Below, piece by piece: positions 9,355 through 17,052 of a stretch of 20,000 nucleotides of DNA (position 1 is its first letter; every line of letters starts with the position of its first letter). Below the pieces are notes generated by a model. That model was given only the letters and a program-made list of their open reading frames with translations. It had not been told where the DNA came from and made no database searches. The DNA is taken from IMG/VR virus record IMGVR_UViG_3300044646_002851; one strand, given 5' to 3'. Source of the DNA: an uncultured virus (IMG/VR IMGVR_UViG_3300044646_002851). Its lineage: Duplodnaviria; Heunggongvirae; Uroviricota; Caudoviricetes. A program made the position numbers and the translations under genes.

Positions 9355-9413
9355 TTTGCACTCCTTGTAATGTCGCTGAAATAATCTAACACAAGATGTG
9401 CAATAAAACAATA

Positions 9414-10175
9414 TTACAATCTCTGGTTTAGCTTATAAAAATATCTTTTTTCAATAATTTCATGATTATGATCATAAGATTTTCTGCAGTCATGTGTTTT
9501 TGCTACTTCTTTAATTGTTTTGTTTTCATGATGAATGACAAGACCAAGATGCAAAGAAAAAATATTTTTCTTTGCATCCAATAATCTCATGCTGAAATCA
9601 CTATCTTCACAGTAGGCAAAATAAAGATATTTTTCATCAAACAAACCAAATTCATCATAAATTTTTCTTGGAATACAAAAACACCAACCGGGAATGTAAT
9701 CTATTTCTGATCCAAAAGAAAATTTCACTCCTTTTCCTTTTGAATTTAAAATTCCACCCAAATATCCAACTTGAGAAAAATTATGTTGCTGAATATGAGC
9801 GATCATCGCCTTATCCCAGTCTGGAAGGACTTCTGTGTCGCTGTTGAGAAGGATTATATATGGATTGGTAGACATCTTAGCCAAAGCATTATTTGGCTTA
9901 ATGAAGCCTTCATTTATTTCACTTCGAACACAAATAATATCATTTTGTGATGATATCCACTCCTGAGTTTCTTTGTCAGAAGCATTATCCCAAATATAAA
10001 TTTGATATTTTTTTGTATTTTTTCTTACAGAATCAACGCATTTTTTTAAATATTCAATTTGATTATGAACAACAATCAATATATCTTTTTCTGCAGGTTC
10101 ATATTTATTCGCACAAAGCAATTCTTGAAGAATTTGATCGTGGTATCCAGATATTCTATATGTTACATCGCTCAT
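9414..10175 (-). CDS. glycosyltransferase family 2
   Basis: ILIVVHN, WDNAS, NEGF..PNN, LLNSD, GLFDE..YCEDSDF; start moved to ATG 10175 because 10189-10216 is a terminator hairpin and TATAAT lies 6 nt upstream of this ATG. Confidence 0.9.
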   Translation of the reverse strand: MSDVTYRISGYHDQILQELLCANKYEPAEKDILIVVHNQIEYLKKCVDSVRKNTKKYQIYIWDNASDKETQEWISSQNDIICVRSEINEGFIKPNNALAKMSTNPYIILLNSDTEVLPDWDKAMIAHIQQHNFSQVGYLGGILNSKGKGVKFSFGSEIDYIPGWCFCIPRKIYDEFGLFDEKYLYFAYCEDSDFSMRLLDAKKNIFSLHLGLVIHHENKTIKEVAKTHDCRKSYDHNHEIIEKRYFYKLNQRL

Positions 10176-10188
10176 TGTTAAATTATAC

Positions 10189-10216
10189 AAAAAAAGCGTG
10201 GATGGTTCCACGCTTT
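10189..10216 (-). terminator. intrinsic terminator after 10220..10537
   Basis: AAAGCGTGGA-4nt-TCCACGCTTT stem with a U-run on the minus strand. Confidence 0.8.
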
Positions 10217-10219
10217 AAT

Positions 10220-10537
10220 TTAACATTGACAATTTTTTAAAACATCAATCAATTGTTGCAACCTATCAATACCACCAACTTTTGTTGCAAATGATCTAAG
10301 CTCAATAAGAATGTGAGTACAATTTGCTAAATCACTAACACTATTTCCATCTGTGCCTTTTTTGGCGAGTTCTTTATTTCTTATGGCATAGATGTTGACT
10401 TTAGATATATCAACACCTTGTTCTGAAATTTTTTCCTCGACAATTTTTTTCCAACCCTTGGGAGGTTGCTGTTTAATCGCACCGATTTCATAGAGAGTAT
10501 TTCTAACAAATTGCGTCACATTTGTGACACTATTCAT
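10220..10537 (-). CDS. small hypothetical protein, possible DNA-binding
   Basis: C-terminal FATKVGGIDRLQQLIDVL helix-GG-helix resembles small planctomycete proteins as I recall them; GAGG RBS. Confidence 0.7.
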   Translation of the reverse strand: MNSVTNVTQFVRNTLYEIGAIKQQPPKGWKKIVEEKISEQGVDISKVNIYAIRNKELAKKGTDGNSVSDLANCTHILIELRSFATKVGGIDRLQQLIDVLKNCQC

Positions 10538-10551
10538 GATGACCTCTATTG

Positions 10552-11037
10552 TTATGCACAGAATTTCATAGTTCCATCAACCTTTTCCTGTCGCAATACC
10601 TTATTACGAACATGAATATTCAAAGATTGATATACATTATTAGCAAAATTCTTTGCACTGCTCTTATATCCATGCTTAAGTGCAAGATCGGCAACTTCAG
10701 AATAAGTCAGAGGGTGCTTTGATTCACTAACAATTTTTTGAACTAATGCTGGCAAACTAATTGGCTTATCAATAGAAGAGCTAGAAGCCACTACATCCTT
10801 TACACGACTAGGCTTTCGTTTTGTCGAATTCTTTTTTGCTGTAGATTTGCTTCGATTTGAATAATTTTTTTTTGATTTAACCACAGTATCTTCGACATCA
10901 ATACCTTTAAATAACATATTGATTTTCTGTTCATATGGAAGAATCGCTTCCATTTTTTCAATCAAATCACCAAGCATCTTGTGCTGGTTCTTGTAAGCAG
11001 TTAGCTTTTCTTGCAAAATATTAGAACTCATGACCAT
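10552..11037 (-). CDS. coiled-coil + basic linker + winged-helix putative nucleoid/DNA-binding protein
   Basis: N-terminal coiled coil, K/R/S-rich linker, C-terminal SLPALVQKIV..PLTYSEVADLALKHGYKSSAKNFANNVYQSL; GGAG RBS; start 11037 or 11031. Confidence 0.7.
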   Translation of the reverse strand: MVMSSNILQEKLTAYKNQHKMLGDLIEKMEAILPYEQKINMLFKGIDVEDTVVKSKKNYSNRSKSTAKKNSTKRKPSRVKDVVASSSSIDKPISLPALVQKIVSESKHPLTYSEVADLALKHGYKSSAKNFANNVYQSLNIHVRNKVLRQEKVDGTMKFCA

Positions 11038-11116
11038 AATCTCCAAATGTCATTTGTTTTTTTTATTTGTAGGATTAATGACCAAATCCATACAAATCTA
11101 TAATAACCACAGTTTA

Positions 11117-11144
11117 ATCTTAACACTTTAGATAAGATCGTAAA
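11117..11144 (-). promoter_or_regulatory. putative promoter TTTACG-16-(TGn)TAAGAT
   Basis: Extended -10 read on the minus strand upstream of the winged-helix gene. Confidence 0.45.
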
Positions 11145-11228
11145 GTTAAAGTGATAAATTTTTTTCAAAATATATAAAAATACAATATACACACTAAATT
11201 ATAAGTGCTGACTAACAAAGGAATTAAA

Positions 11229-11411
11229 ATGCTAGTACTATCAAGAAAAAAAGATGAAAAAATTATTTTAAAGCATCCAGATATGCCAGATATCAAAATC
11301 ACTATAGTAAAAATCGATAATAGAAATAAAGTTAGAATAGGTATTGAAGCGGATAAAGAGGTTACTGTTATTCGTAGCGAACTTGAAGTCACTACATGTA
11401 ACAACGATTAG
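11229..11411 (+). CDS. csrA: carbon storage regulator CsrA/RsmA family protein (copy 1)
   Basis: MLVLSRKKDEKI...KVRIGIEA...VIRSEL; AAGGA RBS before ATG 11229. Confidence 0.9.
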   Translation: MLVLSRKKDEKIILKHPDMPDIKITIVKIDNRNKVRIGIEADKEVTVIRSELEVTTCNND

Positions 11412-11688
11412 GAACCTTGGTTTCACGAAGATATACAATAAATTCATCGTGATTTAAACTGTCAATATTTATCTTTTGGTCAATAATTGAAGATTCTTGA
11501 TCTGATAATTTTAATTTATTTCTTATCTGTTCAAATGTATAGTTCTTTTTTCTGACTATCCAAGCTGCTGCTAGTAACCTCGACTGTGCAGATGAATCGA
11601 AAAGCACATTACAATAAGTACAAATACATATTCCATCTTGAAGAGGTTTAGGTAACGAGTTACCACAATTCGGACAGGCATATATCAT
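11392..11688 (-). CDS. zinc-ribbon protein
   Basis: CPNC...CTYC; likely start ATG 11688, 5 nt after CATAAATA. Confidence 0.7.
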   Translation of the reverse strand: MIYACPNCGNSLPKPLQDGICICTYCNVLFDSSAQSRLLAAAWIVRKKNYTFEQIRNKLKLSDQESSIIDQKINIDSLNHDEFIVYLRETKVPNRCYM

Positions 11689-11710
11689 TACCATATTTAT
11701 GCATATCAAT

Positions 11711-11742
11711 AAAAAAACCCCACCATATAGTGGGGTTTTTTT
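11711..11742. terminator. bidirectional intrinsic terminator downstream of the ParB-like gene
   Basis: A7-CCCCAC-6nt-GTGGGG-T7. Confidence 0.85.
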
Positions 11743-11753
11743 ATTTTGACATT

Positions 11754-12983
11754 TTAACTAGGAAAACATTTCTTCAAAATTTTAGAACAATCTTCATCTC
11801 CGTCATGAATTGCCTTGATAATCTTGACGATTGTCTTTAAGACATCTGCTTTTTCAATCTTATCTGGTAATGAAAACATTGGTTCTGATTCAAGACAGGA
11901 GCAATCATTTCTTTGTACTCTTGTCAAATAATCAAGATAATTATTCTTGATTTTATTTTGAGTCAAAGATTTTGGCTTCGAAACTTCAGAACTTCTATCT
12001 GAATTGCCAGAAGATTTAATTGCAGCGACCACATCTTTGCCCTTGGTTGATTTGCGATTCTCTTTCTGACGAGTAACAGCATCAGCAACTTTGGCACTAG
12101 CTTTTTCAAAAGTGTGTTCTGCTTCAGAAATTTCTTCATCACTACCTTGAACAGTAGCGACTTTAACTTCTACCAAAGCAATTTCTTTTTCCCGATTCGC
12201 CCTTTCAATCCTTCTTTCGTCACGCTCACTACGAACCTTATTCTTTTCTTCGCTTATGGCATTAGCCTTTTCACGAATTTCGCTTCTTTCTTCAACACTA
12301 TCAATGCTAGACAACTTAATAGCAGCAAGAAGATTGATCCTTCCTTCAAACAAATCATTTAAAGTTGCTGGATCAAGTTTCTTTACAAGTTCTTCGGTAT
12401 CTTTCAACCAAGACTTATTCTTTTGAAGAATAGCAAGTATTTTGTCATCTGGAGCTTTATACTTTCTCAATTCCATCAACAAGGCAATATCATGACCTTC
12501 GTTGAAGTTTTTGCGACAAGCGTTTTCGCTATAACTGTAAGACAAAGCCTCGAAATCATCTTCGGTACGATAAATTTGGCATGGAATAGAAGCGTAAACT
12601 TGACTTGCCTGTTTCCAAGCATATTCCTTATTCCCTTTTTTATCTTCAATGATTTGAGAACAATCTTTTACAACAATATTGTTTTCCATCAAATAAGATA
12701 CAGCCCTATATCTTCTTTCGCCACCAACAAGTTGAATCTTGCCTTCTTCTTGCATCCACCTGCAAATTATAGGAACCATCAACCCTTTATCTTTAATGTC
12801 TTCACGAAGAACTTCTGATAATTCACTATCAATCAAATCGTTTTGACCCTGCTCGGTATATCTTCGAGGATTCTCGAATCCATATTTGCCAGAGTTGCTA
12901 TCATTCTCGGCAATTTCAATCAGATCAAAAGGAACAAGATACAGAGTTCCGTGAAGATGCTTAATACTGTCTGGAAGATTCAT
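11754..12983 (-). CDS. ParB/Srx N-terminal domain protein with long charged coiled-coil C-terminal half
   Basis: LREDIKDKGLMVPI, QLVGGERRYRA (ParB arginine patch), SENACRKNFN; AAGGAG RBS favours start 12983. Confidence 0.85.
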   Translation of the reverse strand: MNLPDSIKHLHGTLYLVPFDLIEIAENDSNSGKYGFENPRRYTEQGQNDLIDSELSEVLREDIKDKGLMVPIICRWMQEEGKIQLVGGERRYRAVSYLMENNIVVKDCSQIIEDKKGNKEYAWKQASQVYASIPCQIYRTEDDFEALSYSYSENACRKNFNEGHDIALLMELRKYKAPDDKILAILQKNKSWLKDTEELVKKLDPATLNDLFEGRINLLAAIKLSSIDSVEERSEIREKANAISEEKNKVRSERDERRIERANREKEIALVEVKVATVQGSDEEISEAEHTFEKASAKVADAVTRQKENRKSTKGKDVVAAIKSSGNSDRSSEVSKPKSLTQNKIKNNYLDYLTRVQRNDCSCLESEPMFSLPDKIEKADVLKTIVKIIKAIHDGDEDCSKILKKCFPS

Positions 12984-13066
12984 ACTGACACTCCTTCGCA
13001 TATTGGGATTGACATCCGTTTCAAAAAACCACTCAAATTACCTACAATGGCAAATTGATCTGAGCT

Positions 13067-13095
13067 AGAATATTCTCATTTGCCAAAGTTGTCAA
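13067..13095 (-). promoter_or_regulatory. sigma70 consensus promoter TTGACA-17-TATTCT for the ParB-like gene
   Basis: -35 at 13095-13090, -10 at 13072-13067. Confidence 0.65.
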
Positions 13096-13172
13096 TACCA
13101 ACAATCTTTTTATTTTAAAATTTAAATTTTTGACAATTAATGAATTTTATATGGGTCATCCACATCTAATAA

Positions 13173-14117
13173 TCACTTTTTTTTGTGAGAAGAAATCTCA
13201 GAAACCCAAAATGAAAGATCCAGCTTTTCCCATTTGAAATTTGACCATGCATCTACATATGACCGCAATTTTATTGATAAATCGTGACTGTCAAGTCTAG
13301 AAAACGCATTCCAATCATCAACCTCCCAAACAGGAAAACCATCATAAATTCCGTTTATTGGAAGCTTTTGTATCACTGGTATTCGACCAAGCGACAAAAC
13401 CTCCCAAACTCTGTGAGTATCGTATCCTTCCCCTGCAGGGCAAATTACAAAAGCGGAAGACATCATAGATAGCCAAAAATTATATCTACTGGAAAGTGGC
13501 AACCATTTTATCCATTTTACCTCACGCAAAGATTCGTATATTGGAATACGAATGCTCGCTCGCCTCTTTGGTGTGTTCATAGCCAGATGAAAATTAGCCA
13601 AAACAGGAATAGCATCACAACTTGATATTGGTAAAATATTATTACGCAATTCAATCAGTTCTCTCTCCTGATCTTCCGCAGTCATGCCTTTGTTGCCCCA
13701 AGGATGATCAGAAACAGATCTAAATAAAGTGTGATAGTCAATTCCTATTGGTATGGAACGAAACTTAAATTTAAGGCAATTATTCTGCATATACACCGCT
13801 AAAACCTTGTCACTATTCAGCAGTCTCTGAATTGTCTCATCTGAATAGTCATATGGCATGATCTTATCATCGCCATTTACCACTATTACCATAGGATTGG
13901 AAAATCTATCAAGTAGTTTTGAAAATCTGGCGACCTCATTGCCATGTACAAATACCGTATCTCCATAGAGATTATCGGCTTTCCAACCGTGTACAACATC
14001 ATTGTTTTTATATTTTGGAGGTTGATCACAAGAAAGTGCTATGCCGGTGGAACTAACGATGGAGCAGAGATGTTCTGTATGTCTTGAAACCACCGATTCT
14101 TGATTATCCCGTAACAT
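13173..14117 (-). CDS. exostosin/GT47-like glycosyltransferase
   Basis: FVICPAGEGYDTHRVWEVLSLGRIPVI motif; IPIGID. Confidence 0.75.
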   Translation of the reverse strand: MLRDNQESVVSRHTEHLCSIVSSTGIALSCDQPPKYKNNDVVHGWKADNLYGDTVFVHGNEVARFSKLLDRFSNPMVIVVNGDDKIMPYDYSDETIQRLLNSDKVLAVYMQNNCLKFKFRSIPIGIDYHTLFRSVSDHPWGNKGMTAEDQERELIELRNNILPISSCDAIPVLANFHLAMNTPKRRASIRIPIYESLREVKWIKWLPLSSRYNFWLSMMSSAFVICPAGEGYDTHRVWEVLSLGRIPVIQKLPINGIYDGFPVWEVDDWNAFSRLDSHDLSIKLRSYVDAWSNFKWEKLDLSFWVSEISSHKKK

Positions 14118-14130
14118 TATGTGTCCATAA

Positions 14131-14328
14131 TCACATTTTATTTGATTTGTATAAATTATTTATAGCTTTTGTAATTGCATTTTCTTTTGTAGAAAAAACA
14201 ATTCCTCCACAAAAACCACAAATTAAATTTAAATCATCATCAAAAGAAAAGCTTTTGTCTCTAAGATGCTTACCGCAACTAGGACAACTTTTTTCTTTTG
14301 GTATGTGATTTTCCAGAAACGATGTCAT
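14131..14328 (-). CDS. small zinc-ribbon protein
   Basis: CPSC...CGFC; likely ATG 14328 lies inside the 3' end of csrA copy 2. Confidence 0.6.
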   Translation of the reverse strand: MTSFLENHIPKEKSCPSCGKHLRDKSFSFDDDLNLICGFCGGIVFSTKENAITKAINNLYKSNKM

Positions 14329-14473
14329 CTTGTATTTCTTTCCTAAATACAGGTATATCAGTAGGAGCATCAATGCCAAGTCTAACCTTTCCATTGGCTG
14401 CTTCAACTAAAGTTACGATGATGTTATTGTTGATTACTATACTTTGATTTACTTTTCTAGATAAAATAAGCAT
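14279..14473 (-). CDS. csrA: carbon storage regulator CsrA/RsmA family protein (copy 2)
   Basis: MLILSRKVNQSIVINNNI..KVRLGIDAPTDIPVFRKEI. Confidence 0.93.
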   Translation of the reverse strand: MLILSRKVNQSIVINNNIIVTLVEAANGKVRLGIDAPTDIPVFRKEIQDDIVSGKSHTKRKKLS

Positions 14474-14532
14474 GGTTTGTCCGTCCTTGAAAACCTTTTT
14501 TTGTAACTAATTAGAATCATAACCATACAAAC

Positions 14533-14567
14533 AAAAAAAGGCAACAGCATAATGCTATTGCCTTTTT
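14533..14567 (-). terminator. intrinsic terminator (possibly bidirectional) after the 52-aa ORF
   Basis: AGGCAATAGCA-TTA-TGCTGTTGCCT stem followed by a U-run on the minus strand. Confidence 0.8.
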
Positions 14568-14583
14568 ATTTATGTTAATTAAA

Positions 14584-14742
14584 TTAGAAAAGTCTTTGGT
14601 TGCATACAGTAACAGCAGCAACATAAGCTCCCCTCATGGCACTACAAAGAACATTCAATTTAGGGCAATTTGGATAAAAGTATCTCCAAGTCGCCACAGT
14701 ATAAGTTGCATTACCTTGATATTCGCCTGTTTTACAACGCAT
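14584..14742 (-). CDS. small 52-aa Cys-containing protein (absent from the ORF track)
   Basis: GGAGG RBS, ATG 14742, MRCKTGEYQGNATYTVATWRYFYPNCPKLNVLCSAMRGAYVAAVTVCNQRLF, TAA at 14584-14586; terminator downstream. Confidence 0.75.
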   Translation of the reverse strand: MRCKTGEYQGNATYTVATWRYFYPNCPKLNVLCSAMRGAYVAAVTVCNQRLF

Positions 14743-14766
14743 AGTTCCTCCAATATTGTAGAAAAG

Positions 14767-15600
14767 TTAATCCATACTATTTATCTGTGCGGATTTAATA
14801 TTTATTGATTCATAATATTCATTGCGTGTTTTTCGCAAAATTTCTTTCAATTTTGGTGGTAGAATATTTGTTGTGCCACTCCCCTCGTGATTTATCCATG
14901 AAGATCCAGCAATAGCTTGTTTATAACCTTTATCTCTCATGCGGGATGCAAATTCATGAGATTCACAACCAGCTAATGAAATATTGTTGAGCAATCCAAC
15001 ATGCTTGAAAATATCTCTATGTGCCAAAGAACAAAACATAGGAAGATATTCATTTTCATTTAAAATATAATCATCCGACTTTTGTGATCTTTCGGTCACT
15101 AAATGACTCATATTTTCATCAAAATAATTACTTCTAGCAGAAACCATTTTTATTCCATCGTCTTTCATTCTTTTTAATGTTCCTCCCAAGTTAGACAACC
15201 AAGCTGGTCCAACTGGAATAACATCGGAATGCATTATGCAAACATAAGGAATCCAATCATTTTTTCTATTTTGAAGTGCGAAATTTACTGCAGCACCAAA
15301 ACCTTCATGCTCATTTTTTCTATAACAAACCAATCCATCTATTTTTTTTGAAGCTAATTCTTTGATAAATCCATGATTGGGAGAACCATCATCAATTAAA
15401 GTTATTTGATACCTGTTGCTAGTCACAGTGGCAAAAATCGCCTCAACTAGATTGACGACCTTATGATACAATGTGTAAAAAGGAATAATAATTTCCACTG
15501 AAGACATTAGGCGTGGATCGGGACTACTAAAATTATTAGAAGTCATTCTCCCTTCCATAAACCCATCTGAGCCAACTTCTTGTTTTTCATCCATATCCAA
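14767..15600 (-). CDS. glycosyltransferase family 2
   Basis: IIIPFY, LIDDGS, GFGAAVN, MHSD, WINHEGSGT. Confidence 0.85.
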   Translation of the reverse strand: MDMDEKQEVGSDGFMEGRMTSNNFSSPDPRLMSSVEIIIPFYTLYHKVVNLVEAIFATVTSNRYQITLIDDGSPNHGFIKELASKKIDGLVCYRKNEHEGFGAAVNFALQNRKNDWIPYVCIMHSDVIPVGPAWLSNLGGTLKRMKDDGIKMVSARSNYFDENMSHLVTERSQKSDDYILNENEYLPMFCSLAHRDIFKHVGLLNNISLAGCESHEFASRMRDKGYKQAIAGSSWINHEGSGTTNILPPKLKEILRKTRNEYYESINIKSAQINSMD

Positions 15601-16120
15601 TCTCCATTAAAATTTCATCTAAGGTTCTTTTGAATAAAGTAAGATCATTCAAGAAAAAATATTTTTGCTGATTTTCCTCTATCAGATTCAATAACTTTTC
15701 ATTTTGTCTTCTAACTTCAAAAACATTTATAAGACAATTATATTCTTTTTTTTCATTAAGCATGAAGCATTTTTTGTAATAAAAAACATCTTTATCTGAA
15801 AATTTATTAGTCAAAATTAGAATTAATTTATTGCAATCTTCTTGATTTCCAACTCCATTGATACAATCTATAATTTTTTTTGAAAAAGGATTGTTGTCTC
15901 TACTCATAGAATAACTATCAATTTGAGCCATACTTTCGCCATAACTTTTTGGTAGATTTTCATTGCCAGCAACAAAAATTTTTGCGTTCATGCCAATTTT
16001 TGCTGCGAACAACATCAACATTTCTTTGATCTGTTTCAGAGCAGATTTTCCATTAAGTGTAAAATCATCCATGTCAAAAATAACACCAACATAAGTTGCT
16101 TTTTCAAATCCAGATAACAT
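15587..16120 (-). CDS. hypothetical protein, possibly a degenerate vWA-like fold
   Basis: VGVIFD...LILILTN...INVFEV beta-alpha pattern without an intact MIDAS motif; GGAG RBS. Confidence 0.6.
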   Translation of the reverse strand: MLSGFEKATYVGVIFDMDDFTLNGKSALKQIKEMLMLFAAKIGMNAKIFVAGNENLPKSYGESMAQIDSYSMSRDNNPFSKKIIDCINGVGNQEDCNKLILILTNKFSDKDVFYYKKCFMLNEKKEYNCLINVFEVRRQNEKLLNLIEENQQKYFFLNDLTLFKRTLDEILMEIGYG

Positions 16121-16188
16121 TTTTAATCTCCAGAACTCTATTAGATGAGCCGCCTTAGCAAAGATAAAAGAGAGTGAGGAATTGGAAA

Positions 16189-17052
16189 ATGATAGATAAT
16201 AAACAAATTAAAGAATATATTCGTGCGTGTGAACATATGATTCGTTTTTTCAATAGTATTTTAAATAAAAAAATAAAAGATAATGACGGTGGTCGTGAGA
16301 ATCTGGCGGAACTTACAGACTTAAGGATCATGGCGAAATCAAAAGAGTGGGCGGAAGCTTATGATGAAAAAATATGCTCAGTTGATAATCTTAGAAAATT
16401 CATTGAGACCATAAGCACATCTATAAGTAATAAGAATATATTAGAGTTTGGGTGCAACGACAACGAATTGGCTTCATTATTGAAAAATGAATGCGGAGCA
16501 AAAAAAGTTGTATCTTATGATCTTGATCTTTGCAAATTTAAACAAGAAAATATAAGTGATCAAAAAATTATTTACACGGAAAATTTTCGAATTGTCCAAC
16601 AAAACGCACCATATGATATCATCATTGCAAATGATATTTTAGATCATGTCGAAAATCCAGTTCATTGGCTAAAACAAATATCATTATTGATGGAAGAAAA
16701 CTCAAGATTATTTGTTCGATTTCATCCCTATACATCTCGTAATGGAACTCATCTTGGGAATCAAATAAACAAAGCATATATTCATTTAATTTTTTCTGAT
16801 GATGAATTAGCAACCTTTGGAGTTTCAAATAAATTTACAAAAGAAATTGTCGATCTTAAAGTTTCTTACGAAAAATTCATAGAGGCATCTGGTCTCAAAG
16901 TAATCAAACATAGTGTCAAAAAGAATCCTGTAGATATTATCTTTTCAACAGATAAGAGAATTGTAAATAGACTTAGAAAGCATCTGCCGGTAGAAACAAA
17001 TATCAACGATGTTCTTGAAGTTGAATATATTGATTATGAATTGATGAAATGA
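16189..17052 (+). CDS. class I SAM-dependent methyltransferase-like protein, paralogue of 405..1292
   Basis: ILEFGCNDN, SYDL, APYDIIIANDILDH, RFHPYTSRNGTH; start ATG 16189 or GTG 16174. Confidence 0.8.
   Translation: MIDNKQIKEYIRACEHMIRFFNSILNKKIKDNDGGRENLAELTDLRIMAKSKEWAEAYDEKICSVDNLRKFIETISTSISNKNILEFGCNDNELASLLKNECGAKKVVSYDLDLCKFKQENISDQKIIYTENFRIVQQNAPYDIIIANDILDHVENPVHWLKQISLLMEENSRLFVRFHPYTSRNGTHLGNQINKAYIHLIFSDDELATFGVSNKFTKEIVDLKVSYEKFIEASGLKVIKHSVKKNPVDIIFSTDKRIVNRLRKHLPVETNINDVLEVEYIDYELMK

Noticed and set aside
10176..10211. N-terminal extension of the GT2 ORF from the GTG at 10211
   Set aside because: It overlaps a terminator hairpin; ATG 10175 after TATAAT is the better start.
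14474..14766. Apparent 290-nt gap next to csrA as a CsrB/RsmZ-like sRNA
   Set aside because: It is filled by a small ORF and a terminator and lacks multiple GGA-loop hairpins.
14572..14808. 78-aa plus-strand ORF in the track
   Set aside because: Shadow of the minus-strand 52-aa ORF, which has the RBS, promoter box and terminator.
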